Of a DNA stretch of 64,000 nucleotides, positions 10,047 through 20,002 are shown one piece after another. The translations under genes and the position numbers were made by a program. How positions within the stretch are numbered: position 1 is the first letter of the stretch; each line of letters opens with the position of its first letter. This DNA comes from a virus. The notes beneath the pieces were generated by a model. That model saw only the letters and a program-made list of their open reading frames with translations, searched no databases and was not told the DNA's origin. Location of the stretch: the IMG/VR virus record IMGVR_UViG_3300025886_000013. One strand, 5' to 3'.

Positions 10047-10997
10047 TTAAAAAATTGTTCCGCTCTTTATGCTATTAATCATAAAGCTCATTCTGTCTTT
10101 TCTTGCCCACGGTTTTGCATGTGCTCGAGCAGTTTCAAATTGTTGTTTTGTCATTTCACCTACGTCATCATGTGGACCAAGCTCTAAAACTCTAGTTGCT
10201 ATACTGTATTCACTTAATAGTTTTGCTATTTTGTGTGTCTTGTGTGGCATATCTGAATCTAATGCTAGCAAGATTGGTGTTTTATGCTTTATTATTTCTT
10301 GAAAAAGCAGTCCATCGTCAGGAAGAGCAGAACCTAAAATTGCTGTTGAATTTTCATTACAGCGCATTAAGTCGAATGGACCTTCAACAAGTGTGAGTTC
10401 CTTTGACCAGTCAATATTTATATGGTTAAATATTATTGTCTTTTTTGGAACCTCTGCGTTAATATACTTGATAAACGTATCATCATCTATTGATCTTGCA
10501 GCATAAAAATTAAGTTCACCTACATCATCAAACGAAGGCATAAAGACTCTTCTTCTAAATCGCCCCGATGTATATGTTCCTAGTTTGTAATACCATATAT
10601 CAGCGGGTGATATGTTTCGTCTTTTCAGATAGTATCTTGCTGACTTTATATCTGGATCTTCTAATTTTCTTTTGTTGCCAAGGAATATAAAACCATTCGG
10701 TAGCTCAGCAGTTATTTCTTCGACAAAATCATCATCAAAGTCTATTTTTTTCCCCAGTATTTTTTCAGAGTATTCTTGAACTTTGTTTGGTCTATATTTT
10801 TTTAATATAGGTAGTAGATTGTGACCTTTATATCCACAAACCCAACAATGAAACATATCTGTTTCAAAGTTAATTGCAAGCTTCTTTTTACGTTTATTAG
10901 CACACTTGGGGCAAGAGACAGTAATATCATGGCTTGATACATTACCGTCGCCAAATACACGTCTAATAAAGTCTATTTTCTGTTGAATACTATACAA
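10047..10997 (-). CDS. DNA primase (zinc-binding + TOPRIM)
   Basis: CPKC and HCWVC zinc ligands, LVEGPFD, LALDSD, DDVGEM; TTG start. Confidence 0.88.
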   Translation of the reverse strand: MYSIQQKIDFIRRVFGDGNVSSHDITVSCPKCANKRKKKLAINFETDMFHCWVCGYKGHNLLPILKKYRPNKVQEYSEKILGKKIDFDDDFVEEITAELPNGFIFLGNKRKLEDPDIKSARYYLKRRNISPADIWYYKLGTYTSGRFRRRVFMPSFDDVGELNFYAARSIDDDTFIKYINAEVPKKTIIFNHINIDWSKELTLVEGPFDLMRCNENSTAILGSALPDDGLLFQEIIKHKTPILLALDSDMPHKTHKIAKLLSEYSIATRVLELGPHDDVGEMTKQQFETARAHAKPWARKDRMSFMINSIKSGTIF

Positions 10998-11041
10998 AAA
11001 GCTTATTACCTTGAATATATTAATATACTACACTATTGAGA

Positions 11042-11593
11042 TTAATTGTTCAACAACTTATGTCCGGCTCTTGATATAACATACGCGTCTGCAATATCGT
11101 AACAACCATTTTCATAAATCTCTGTTCCTTTTCTTGGTCCTGATTTTAGAGTCTTTTTGGGCCAAGTAAAGTTTTGATCTAGTTCAGAATCTGCCCATTC
11201 AATAATTTTCTCTTTAGTTGATTTTGATTTGTCTTTTCTGTCAATTTTAAGCCCGACAAGTTTTCTTGCTGCATTTACGTTTAGAAACTCTGGTTCTATT
11301 CCAAATACATTGTATGATATAAGCGTAACCATTCCATTAAATCTTGCTAGCGTTATTAAGACTTTGGCTGAAGACAGTCCCGGCCTAAACATTTGTAAGT
11401 TCTCTTCTATGAAAATAGATGTTATATCATATTTTTCTTTTATTCTGTCAAGAGTCATGGAGACCTCTGCGGCCTTCCCCATTGTATTTTTTATTTTATC
11501 CAACCGTATATATGATTGTTCTATTAACTTACCCTCAGAGCTAAGTAATGACCACCCAGTTGATGACGTTGATATGTCTAGTCCTAAAATCAT
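11042..11593 (-). CDS. RuvC-like Holliday junction resolvase
   Basis: ILGLDISTSSTGWS, IFIEE, DIADAYVI acidic RNase H-fold motifs. Confidence 0.82.
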   Translation of the reverse strand: MILGLDISTSSTGWSLLSSEGKLIEQSYIRLDKIKNTMGKAAEVSMTLDRIKEKYDITSIFIEENLQMFRPGLSSAKVLITLARFNGMVTLISYNVFGIEPEFLNVNAARKLVGLKIDRKDKSKSTKEKIIEWADSELDQNFTWPKKTLKSGPRKGTEIYENGCYDIADAYVISRAGHKLLNN

Positions 11594-11596
11594 TGT

Positions 11597-14179
11597 TTAA
11601 AAATCGACTTTTACTCTAAATAAAAATTCATCGCTCTCTTTCTTTTTAATTGGTTGAGTTAAGTTAGTTCTCATTATGATATTAAAATTTTCGTCATGAA
11701 AGTTAACACCTGAAATGTATACAAAAGAGTTGTCTTCGTTATTTACATCTAATGATGCTGACAGTGGTAGAAAAGATGGGTTTGTTGAATTGTTTATTTG
11801 ACGCTTTTGTGCCTTTGCGTCTACTGTAAGAATATGTAAATTCTGTTCACCTTTAAAGCTGACTTCATGTTGATCAATACCAAAGAATGGGATCGTAGGC
11901 GCTTTTATTATTGCTATCCCCTCTGAATAGAATATGTTTCCTACGTTGTTCCACTCTGCTTGCTTTGTTAAACAGTCAGCTCTATAAAGTGACCCACGAC
12001 CATTATCTTTTATAGTCATTGGAACTTTTCCACCTGACCCAGTAAGAGCACTATCGTATAGCTTGAATGTCTCTGATTCTATTCTGTTTCCGAATGTAAG
12101 ATTAGAGATGTCAAAGATTGTTATCTCATTAGAGGAATTGTCTCTTGTTCTTTGAAAAATTGTCAATACTGAGCCTGGTAATACACCAGGATTTTCAGGT
12201 GATGCGCCCATTATTTCTTCAAGTATTTCAGAATTATCAGACTGTATTAACCCAGGGTATAATGTGCTTTTTGGAACAAGATTTTCTAAAGAGACTTTTG
12301 ATATGTCGTAATTACCTAATGAATTTTTAAACTTTTCCATTGGGTGTGTGCTATCGAGTGAACCGCTTGTTGATCCAGAGACTAGATGTGAGAAAGTTGG
12401 TGAAAATAGTCCGTTATCACATGGTAATATGGTTAAGTTTCTTTTTCTTAAAGAGCCTGTTGCATAAATGAAATCGTTGGCAAGCGTTCCTTGAGATGTT
12501 CCTGTCCCATCACCATCTACATCATCATCATAGGCAGTGTCATCAACTTCAACTGTTGTAACGTCTAATACACTTCCTGTAAGATTAAAGAGTCTTGGGT
12601 ATATGCCATGCCTGAACTCTCTTACGAAGTTCTCAAGGTTAAGCATATGACCGCCTACGCCAAATGAAAATGACACGTTGAACGGATCATCTGTTGTCAC
12701 TCCTGTTTTTCCTACACCCGGCGTCTCTTGAAATGGCGTCACTAGAACTTGTCTAGCGGGTGATTCTTTTGTAAAACTAGGGGGTAGATAAAATAATAAA
12801 GACCCAGTTAGTATGAAGCTTTCTGGGTTTGATGATTCAAACGAGTCTACTTCTTTTGAATAGAGGTATCTGTCATATAGTTTTAACTCGTGTATTTCAG
12901 CATTTAGTGGGTGAGTGAAACTGTAATGTGTTGTATCTACCATAGGAACATTGAATGCGCCAACACTGGTATACCCTGTATCAACTAATGTCGTGTCGCC
13001 CCATATTAACCCATCGTGTTCTATAACGTCATCCACGGTATTGTCACTATAGTCTCCGTAGAAGAATCTTGAAGTAGTAACTGCTGTGCTAACAGGTTCA
13101 GTTCCTCCATGTAACTGATTTTTTCCTTCATAAAAGTTTCCAACAAATAGAACGTCTACTGGGTTTTTGTCTAACCCTGAAAGTGTGGAGATAGATGGAG
13201 TCACTGTGTCACCGGCAACATGAAAAAAGTCTTCAGATGATTCATCAATACGAATACTTCCTGTTCCGTTATTGATCATTGATCCACCCCACCGAGCGCA
13301 TACGTGATGCCAGTGTTTGTGAGTTAGTGAATTATCTTTAGATAAGAATATTTTGTCAGTTGTATGATGTGTCCCAGCATCGAGTCCAGCGACGTTTACA
13401 AGAGAAGGTGATGTGTCTGCGCTGTCACCCATTTGAAGCATTATTCTAAAGCCAGTAGACTTACCAAACTGATCTACATTTGACCCGCTTACAAGCGATA
13501 CAGCAAGTGTAGATGACAAGTGAAGTATAGTTCCTGCATGAAACTCTGCCCCTTCATCGTTTTGATAGCGTGGGTTTATATAAAAGTCTACAGAGAAAGG
13601 TCCATCTGGGACATATCTTCCAAGTGTCCTGCCACCTCCTGAACCTGGTGGTGTTGGGTACATTAACACTGAGTTGCTTGGTACGTCAGACGATGTGAAA
13701 AAGTTTAATGAATTATAATTTGTATACGTAAATTCGCTATCTTGATACGGAATCCTATAAGCAGGCATCACGTTATTTTTTATTATGTTCTTTATTTCTG
13801 TGTTTTCGTTGAAGAAAAAAGGTGGATCAAATCTAAAAACACCGAGGTCTTTATCGTTTCTAAATGATAGTTCACGTGAGTTTACTTTTGTCATGTAGTC
13901 GTTCATTAGAGTTTCTACATCGAGCTCTACAGGTGAAGGATGTTTATTTGCTGAGTCAACTATTGACTCAAGATACCATTCAAGATTCTCCGGGCTTTCT
14001 TCAGAAGAATCGTTTTTACTAATTGGTTTGTATATTTCCTTTAGCACTTTGTCTGGTCTTGGTTTTACATTTACTGTTCCAGTCTCTCCTGTCAATGACG
14101 ATGAAGTATACTTATATTCTGGGTGCAGCTCTAGCGTGACAACATCTATTAGATCTCTGTCTATTTTTACAAACGCCAT
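11597..14179 (-). CDS. Virion/baseplate protein with LamG-like domain and C-terminal tail-collar-like segment
   Basis: FSVDFYINP..WHHVCARW..EIHELKLYDRYL (LamG); ends ISGVNFHDENFNIIMRTNLTQPIKK..FRVKVDF. Confidence 0.65.
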   Translation of the reverse strand: MAFVKIDRDLIDVVTLELHPEYKYTSSSLTGETGTVNVKPRPDKVLKEIYKPISKNDSSEESPENLEWYLESIVDSANKHPSPVELDVETLMNDYMTKVNSRELSFRNDKDLGVFRFDPPFFFNENTEIKNIIKNNVMPAYRIPYQDSEFTYTNYNSLNFFTSSDVPSNSVLMYPTPPGSGGGRTLGRYVPDGPFSVDFYINPRYQNDEGAEFHAGTILHLSSTLAVSLVSGSNVDQFGKSTGFRIMLQMGDSADTSPSLVNVAGLDAGTHHTTDKIFLSKDNSLTHKHWHHVCARWGGSMINNGTGSIRIDESSEDFFHVAGDTVTPSISTLSGLDKNPVDVLFVGNFYEGKNQLHGGTEPVSTAVTTSRFFYGDYSDNTVDDVIEHDGLIWGDTTLVDTGYTSVGAFNVPMVDTTHYSFTHPLNAEIHELKLYDRYLYSKEVDSFESSNPESFILTGSLLFYLPPSFTKESPARQVLVTPFQETPGVGKTGVTTDDPFNVSFSFGVGGHMLNLENFVREFRHGIYPRLFNLTGSVLDVTTVEVDDTAYDDDVDGDGTGTSQGTLANDFIYATGSLRKRNLTILPCDNGLFSPTFSHLVSGSTSGSLDSTHPMEKFKNSLGNYDISKVSLENLVPKSTLYPGLIQSDNSEILEEIMGASPENPGVLPGSVLTIFQRTRDNSSNEITIFDISNLTFGNRIESETFKLYDSALTGSGGKVPMTIKDNGRGSLYRADCLTKQAEWNNVGNIFYSEGIAIIKAPTIPFFGIDQHEVSFKGEQNLHILTVDAKAQKRQINNSTNPSFLPLSASLDVNNEDNSFVYISGVNFHDENFNIIMRTNLTQPIKKKESDEFLFRVKVDF

Positions 14180-14206
14180 TTAGTACCCTTTTTTGCTTAC
14201 TATAAG

Positions 14207-14214
14207 TATAAATA
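14207..14214 (-). promoter_or_regulatory. Putative late promoter motif TATTTATA
   Basis: Exact 8-mer 27 nt upstream of ATG at 14179. Confidence 0.55.
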
Positions 14215-14228
14215 TTACAATAAATTTA

Positions 14229-14558
14229 TTATAGAATAAACTTGTCAATAAACGTTTTGTTGTCTTTTATGAACTGATATATTCTTGGAGTCAGTGCTGT
14301 AATTAACGATTCACACTTGTCTTCATCATTTAGTAACTGTATTGTATTTTCAATCCCTGAGTCATCGAGCAATGCATGTAATATTTCGTGAATTACATTT
14401 TGTTTTATTAGTTCTTTATTTATACCAGTACGTATGACTATTTCACGATGTGTATAGTTTATGTAGCCGTCTGCAGTTTCGTTCTCAGATAATATCTTGT
14501 CTTCTTTTGTGAAGTTGACTGAATAGTCTTTTGACCCGATGTTTATGTTAGTTTTCAT
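14229..14558 (-). CDS. Small HExxH zinc-metalloprotease-like protein
   Basis: GYINYTHREIVI..NVIHEILHALL; start overlaps the stop of the endonuclease gene. Confidence 0.6.
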   Translation of the reverse strand: MKTNINIGSKDYSVNFTKEDKILSENETADGYINYTHREIVIRTGINKELIKQNVIHEILHALLDDSGIENTIQLLNDEDKCESLITALTPRIYQFIKDNKTFIDKFIL

Positions 14559-15636
14559 TTTTGACTCCTAATTTCTTTTCATATTCTTCGATTTCTTTAA
14601 GTGTGTAAATAGAGTATGTGATGCCTTTATTTGAACAATAATTGATTGCAGCTTTTTCTTTAGCAATAACTACTGGGTCTTTTAGAAAAACTTTTGCCTT
14701 CACCTCTATTAGCTTTCTATTGTCAAGAAACTCAACATCGAAATCAACAATATATCTCTTATTCAAATCGTCTCCGTACGTTATCGTTATAGATTCATAA
14801 TCATATGATTTTACATACGGATCTATATCAAGACAAACCATCATTCTTCTTTCATAAGACGATCTGTGTTTCATCCGTATATTTGTTTTTTTACTTACGT
14901 AGTAACCTGTGATAAATCCAGAATTTGATGACTTTATTCTTTTTATCGCTGCTCTAGAATAATTGTCGAGCTGTTCTTTTGTTCTTGTGTCTCGTGTTCT
15001 TCCAAAGTTTGGATTATTTTTTCCCTCGTTTGTTAAATCTCCTGACTTAAACTTTTCTTTCATTTGTTTTGATATTTTTTGTCCTAGAGCTGCAAGCCTT
15101 TCGTCTGACTTGGCAGTAAGTCCTGTATTCCAGGCAGGTTTCCCAGTCCACACACTTAGGTCTGCTCTTCCATACATTCCATTGTTTTCACCTGTATTAG
15201 AACATGATTTTGAACAAAATCTTTTCTTTCTTTTAGAGAACTGAACTGTGAATTCTTTTTCGCAGTGTTCACACGTTTTTACAATTGTTGCTGCCAATCC
15301 GCCTCGCTTGTTATCTAAAAAACAATCATACGAGCAGAACTTTGACTTGTCTGATCTACACTCTATTACTTCGTATTTTTTGTTACAATTTTCACATGTA
15401 AGTTTATGGCGAAGTTTTGTCTTAGTATGTGACATTGCACATGACCGCGAACAATACTTCCTTCTTCTGTGACGATATTGAACTGTAAATTCTTTATCGC
15501 AACTTAGACATGATATTATTTGTTCTGGATTCTTTTTTGACAGTTTGTAACAGTTCATAGAACAGAATTTCTTATCTTTTTTTCTGTTTTGAAACTGTTT
15601 GTCACATTGTTTACAGGTATAGTCGCGTAATGGCAT
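14548..15636 (-). CDS. Putative free-standing homing endonuclease: four CxxC..CSxxC zinc fingers, NUMOD3-like repeats, C-terminal TnsA/T4 gp4-like PD-(D/E)xK nuclease
   Basis: Four Cys repeats; PAWNTGLT and NNPNFGRT; HRSSYERRMM..RYIVDF..LIEVK..AKEKAAINYC. Confidence 0.75.
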   Translation of the reverse strand: MPLRDYTCKQCDKQFQNRKKDKKFCSMNCYKLSKKNPEQIISCLSCDKEFTVQYRHRRRKYCSRSCAMSHTKTKLRHKLTCENCNKKYEVIECRSDKSKFCSYDCFLDNKRGGLAATIVKTCEHCEKEFTVQFSKRKKRFCSKSCSNTGENNGMYGRADLSVWTGKPAWNTGLTAKSDERLAALGQKISKQMKEKFKSGDLTNEGKNNPNFGRTRDTRTKEQLDNYSRAAIKRIKSSNSGFITGYYVSKKTNIRMKHRSSYERRMMVCLDIDPYVKSYDYESITITYGDDLNKRYIVDFDVEFLDNRKLIEVKAKVFLKDPVVIAKEKAAINYCSNKGITYSIYTLKEIEEYEKKLGVKNEN

Positions 15637-15643
15637 AATAATA

Positions 15644-15671
15644 ACTATACCAATAGAGCAGTTTATGTAAA
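15644..15671 (-). promoter_or_regulatory. Sigma70-like promoter of the endonuclease gene
   Basis: TTTACA-N16-TATAGT with TGn extension; ATG 7 nt downstream. Confidence 0.5.
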
Positions 15672-15678
15672 ACTATTT

Positions 15679-17331
15679 TTAGTTTCGTCTGTGATTGAGT
15701 CGAATGTTTGTCTGTCGTTTGGCGAAGTCAAGTCTGATTCTGAATGTCATGTCTTTTTCGTTGTTCTTCTCTACTGGGCGTGATAGCTTGGCAACAGCTA
15801 AGAGCTGGTTGCTTGAATCATACAGACCAACAGATGTCACAAATGTGAATGAAGATTGTTGTCCAATCTCAGACTCATCTATGACTACAATTCTTCCAGC
15901 TGTATCAGTGTATGATGAATTAGAAGAGAAGTTGAATTCATCTGCAGTTGCGCGACAAAAAATAAGTGATGAGTTGATATTAGTTACATTCTGAAATGTC
16001 ATTGCTGAGAATGTTCCACTTCCAAAACGACAAGCTGATATGTGATCCAAGATATTATCAATTGAACCCGAATACATTAGGTCAGGTACGAAAGTTGCGT
16101 GTGGGTTTGTGAGATCTGAACCTTGTCCGGCTCCAACTCCGGTTGTTTTCTCTGCACCAATAAAGGTAAATCCATCTGCAAGCCCTGTAGTAGTAGGCGT
16201 CACAGTAAACCAATTGGCTGTATTTGCAAGCTCATCTGACACGGAGCTTATTGTACCAGATACCTTCTGAGTACAGTCCATTATTTTTTCCATGTCGTAT
16301 ACAGCTATTCCGTGATCATAGAACATCAGTCCAACTGTTTTATTAGTGTCAGAGGCGTCTACAATATCACCTACTGCTCCTGCATATGAAGACATCTTTG
16401 AAGTAGATGAACCGACGTCTGTGTAGATTTTGACATCATTTGGAGAGGTTGTATTAAGGTTTGTTATATCTAATGTCAGATCGCTAACGATGTCAACTTT
16501 ATCTGCATCTCCAGGAAGTGATGCTGCTGTATCTGGCCAGTCATATGCAGCGTTTGTTACAAACCAACCATAAGCAGCAGCTTCTTCGTTTGCTGGAGTG
16601 ACTGTGTCCCAAGTTCCATCATATGGTCCACTTGTAGCGTCCACTCCATCATTTGCGTATCCGAATATCCAATAATTAGTCCCGTCTGTGTATGTATATA
16701 GCCCAGTAGGAGATACGTCCCAAGAACCATCAGCTACTGTTGTATATACACCATCAGTAGGCACATAAGATGCTGAGTGGTAGAACTTCATTGCGAATGT
16801 CTCGCGTTTGATACTGTCACGAGCAAAAAGACGTTTCATGCAGACGAACATTGCGTTGTTGATGACGTCTGTTCCATCTGATGCTGGATCAGTGAAAGGA
16901 GCTGTGAACTGTGCACCGGCATCGTTAAGAAGAAGTTGAGAAAACTGCCTATAGAGGTTGACTTTCTCTCTCATCATTAGCGAGTTTTGTTCGAAAGTTA
17001 GTTTTCCTGTTGTGCCATCTATCGTAGGTAATGAGCCCATTGTAGGGGTTGAGCTACCTTTTGGGATCATTCCTGCACTAACATAATCTCTAAACATGCC
17101 AACAGTGACGTCAAAAACTGGGTTAGCAGTCTGTAGAGTAAAGTCTTGATCGTGAACTGTATGAAATAGTGAAGATGTCACACCAGGTCCTACCCCACCA
17201 GTAACAAATACTTGATATTTCTGTCTTGTTGTTGATCCAGATATGTCTTCCTGTATTACGTCTACTAATTGATTTAGAAAAGATTTACTTGTTGTAATAT
17301 CTGATGACGTTATTGTCTTAAACTTTGCCAT
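15679..17331 (-). CDS. Virion/baseplate protein with C-terminal tail-collar-like segment
   Basis: FVTSVGLYDSSNQLLAVAKLSRPVEK..FRIRLDF, paralogous to the C-terminus of 11597..14179; internal GYAND/YGW module. Confidence 0.65.
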   Translation of the reverse strand: MAKFKTITSSDITTSKSFLNQLVDVIQEDISGSTTRQKYQVFVTGGVGPGVTSSLFHTVHDQDFTLQTANPVFDVTVGMFRDYVSAGMIPKGSSTPTMGSLPTIDGTTGKLTFEQNSLMMREKVNLYRQFSQLLLNDAGAQFTAPFTDPASDGTDVINNAMFVCMKRLFARDSIKRETFAMKFYHSASYVPTDGVYTTVADGSWDVSPTGLYTYTDGTNYWIFGYANDGVDATSGPYDGTWDTVTPANEEAAAYGWFVTNAAYDWPDTAASLPGDADKVDIVSDLTLDITNLNTTSPNDVKIYTDVGSSTSKMSSYAGAVGDIVDASDTNKTVGLMFYDHGIAVYDMEKIMDCTQKVSGTISSVSDELANTANWFTVTPTTTGLADGFTFIGAEKTTGVGAGQGSDLTNPHATFVPDLMYSGSIDNILDHISACRFGSGTFSAMTFQNVTNINSSLIFCRATADEFNFSSNSSYTDTAGRIVVIDESEIGQQSSFTFVTSVGLYDSSNQLLAVAKLSRPVEKNNEKDMTFRIRLDFAKRQTNIRLNHRRN

Positions 17332-17356
17332 TTTGCTTTAACCTGTTATATTCTAT

Positions 17357-18067
17357 TTATGTTATTGTTGATATCTGAACTTCAAAAGTCGTCTCTGAAC
17401 CGTCTTGATTTCCCATAATTGTAACATAAGTTCTTATTAAATTGTTTTTTATGTACATGCTGTATGATGTCGTATTTATATTCTTACGAACCAAATTTAG
17501 AACAAGAGTTGATAATTTATTTACGTCTGAGACGCTTGTAGAGGTTGCTGATAGAATGTATGTTGCTACATTATCTGTAGTTATGTTGCTATAGTTCTGA
17601 CCATCAATCTCTAAAAACAAGTTGTTAACTTCAACTGTATAGCTATGGTTAACTACATCTTGAGGAACTGGGCTTATTGAAACATCTATTTTTTGAGTAA
17701 CAGTTACATCAGAGCTCGGTATTGCTGTTAGACTTAAGCTCATGACACCATTCACAACAGTACTACCAAGTTCAGTGAAAGGAAGATGACTCATTGTAGG
17801 GTTGTTTGCAGAGATACTTATTAGAGAGCTTTTCTGTGAAAGCGAAGTATTAGTCAATGCTTCTAACACCGGGGTGTTTTTTTCTATTTTTTCCTTTCCT
17901 ACAACGCGTCCAAATTCTTGAATTACGTTGTAGTCACAGTCTTCGTCAGATAGGGCAAACTTTGATATTTGAAAAGAACCATCCTGAGCGGCTAGTAGCT
18001 CTCTTCCTTTGTCCGTTAAAACAGCATCAATGAAGATATCGTTTGTATCGTGTCTTAACCATCCCAT
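17357..18067 (-). CDS. Virion protein with tail-collar-like N-terminus
   Basis: IDAVLTDKGRELLAAQDGSFQISKFALSD resembles the N-terminus of P2 gpH-type tail-collar domains; GAGGA SD. Confidence 0.55.
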   Translation of the reverse strand: MGWLRHDTNDIFIDAVLTDKGRELLAAQDGSFQISKFALSDEDCDYNVIQEFGRVVGKEKIEKNTPVLEALTNTSLSQKSSLISISANNPTMSHLPFTELGSTVVNGVMSLSLTAIPSSDVTVTQKIDVSISPVPQDVVNHSYTVEVNNLFLEIDGQNYSNITTDNVATYILSATSTSVSDVNKLSTLVLNLVRKNINTTSYSMYIKNNLIRTYVTIMGNQDGSETTFEVQISTIT

Positions 18068-18151
18068 ATTATTATTCCTCTAAAATATTATTAATAATTA
18101 TATACAAACTAGATTTTTAGTAAAAACTAAATTATACAGTATCTTATTACA

Positions 18152-20002
18152 TCAAATTCCTGATGTGTATGACGTGTTTTCTAGTATTAATTGTTCTTCA
18201 GCTGTCAAAAAATCTTCTTTCGTTATACTAAACTTAACAGAGCTCTGCTCTTGAGTTTCAATGTTTATTATTTGAAAAGTATAACTTCCTGAGCTAGCGT
18301 ATGTGCCGTCTTTTACTATAGACTCAGACGGGAGTGAAGTAACAGAGCCATCTTCTGATAGTTGTGACTTTGTTACTTCCATGCACTCAGGATTAAAATA
18401 TATATTTATTTTTTTTGCCTTGTCTTCTTTTATTACATCTGAAAGTGTATCTTGCTCTAAAAAGATATTTGGGTATGGCTTTGGTGCTCCTGATCTAGAG
18501 ATAAACTTAGCTTGTGTTTTGTTTATAAAGCGATCATAACTGACAAGAAACTGATCTGAATATCCTGATGTCAAACCTCTTGCGTCTATTGAAGCAACTG
18601 CGTAAATGTATTTAGATTCTTCGTTGAAGTCGCCATCATAGAAAAAACATACTGGTGATGATTTCTTTCTTATGTTGTTTGGGTTCCCAGATGCTGGCGA
18701 AAAACCGTCTGTTTCTGTTGAATCATCAAAGTTATACTCACGCAAAAGTGAAAAAGGTGAAGTTAAAGAATCTCTTCTGTATATTTGAAAACGCTTTATG
18801 TCTTGTTGTTTGTTGAAAGGAAATTCCCAGTTAACAAGAAGTGCGTCTTTTTTGAAATTATACTGGAAAAACAAACTTGTTGGTGGTAGCGGAGATATTC
18901 TTTCACTACAATAAATAGATCGCTTTGATGTTCCAGCAGATACTAATATTTTTAAAAGATCGGCATTGAACTTGTCGTCGCCTTGCGTTATAGTGTCGTT
19001 TGTTATTACTGCGACAACTGTTCTTATGTTATATTCATAAGACCCACCGTATCTAACGTGTCTGTCTATTATATCAATATTTTCAGTTCCTTTTATGTAA
19101 ATTGATGGGTGCTTTATTAACTCATTTTTGTTTTTAGTTACGTTACCCGTCATTTTGTTTTCATATTTTTCTATAATATACCCAATTACGCTTGTCTTAG
19201 TCTGTGTAGATGTTCCTTCTGGGTCAAAGTCATGATAGTCTTCTGTTGAGTCTCTAATCGGTAGATCTTTGATGTATCCCCAACCATCTTGAAGTATTTT
19301 CATTTCATCAGAAAAAGGTGAGGCTCCATCGGCAACTACGTTGTTTATTATTTTTTTTACATACTTTGTGCTAACGCGTGTATTAATGCGCACGTTGTCT
19401 AGCTTGTTAAAAGTTCCAGAGTGAAATTTTGATGCCGCAGCATAATAGATTGAAAAATCCCAAGGTTGATAAAAATCTGTATCTTGAATAAATGAAGTAG
19501 TTAAACCGTCTTGATTGCTAACTAAAGATTCAAATGTGACTGAAGGAGTTTCTTGTATTAGTAGCCCTGTTTGTGCTATATTGCTTGATGTAGATAGAAC
19601 TTCGTCGTTTAAAGATTTATAGAATCCATCGCTTGTTTTTTTGTCCTGGAACATTAAATTAAAATAGCTGTCAGCTGATATTTTCTCTTCATACTTGATA
19701 GCATTTGTATTTTTTGATAAAATTGTTTCAAGTGAGGGTTCACTATCTATAAAGTTTTTCAAAGGACCGTCAGGAAGAACATCATAGTCTTCTTTAGAGT
19801 GTCTGTCAAAGCTAATTTTTATGTATCGTGGGACTACTGAGAGTGAGTTTCCGTTGAGACTCTTTAGTTTTTTATTTGAATTAATAAACTCTCTTTCACT
19901 TTTTTCAAAATAATTGTATACAAAATCTAGCTTAAAGTTTTCAGATTTAGAACCACTGTCAGCTTCATCTATAATAAGAAGTTTTGCAATATTTATGCTC
20001 AT
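18152..20002 (-). CDS. Putative virion protein with fibronectin type III-like domain
   Basis: LPPTSL..LLVNWEFP..IKRFQIYRR..YIYAVASID..SGYS pattern. Confidence 0.5.
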   Translation of the reverse strand: MSINIAKLLIIDEADSGSKSENFKLDFVYNYFEKSEREFINSNKKLKSLNGNSLSVVPRYIKISFDRHSKEDYDVLPDGPLKNFIDSEPSLETILSKNTNAIKYEEKISADSYFNLMFQDKKTSDGFYKSLNDEVLSTSSNIAQTGLLIQETPSVTFESLVSNQDGLTTSFIQDTDFYQPWDFSIYYAAASKFHSGTFNKLDNVRINTRVSTKYVKKIINNVVADGASPFSDEMKILQDGWGYIKDLPIRDSTEDYHDFDPEGTSTQTKTSVIGYIIEKYENKMTGNVTKNKNELIKHPSIYIKGTENIDIIDRHVRYGGSYEYNIRTVVAVITNDTITQGDDKFNADLLKILVSAGTSKRSIYCSERISPLPPTSLFFQYNFKKDALLVNWEFPFNKQQDIKRFQIYRRDSLTSPFSLLREYNFDDSTETDGFSPASGNPNNIRKKSSPVCFFYDGDFNEESKYIYAVASIDARGLTSGYSDQFLVSYDRFINKTQAKFISRSGAPKPYPNIFLEQDTLSDVIKEDKAKKINIYFNPECMEVTKSQLSEDGSVTSLPSESIVKDGTYASSGSYTFQIINIETQEQSSVKFSITKEDFLTAEEQLILENTSYTSGI

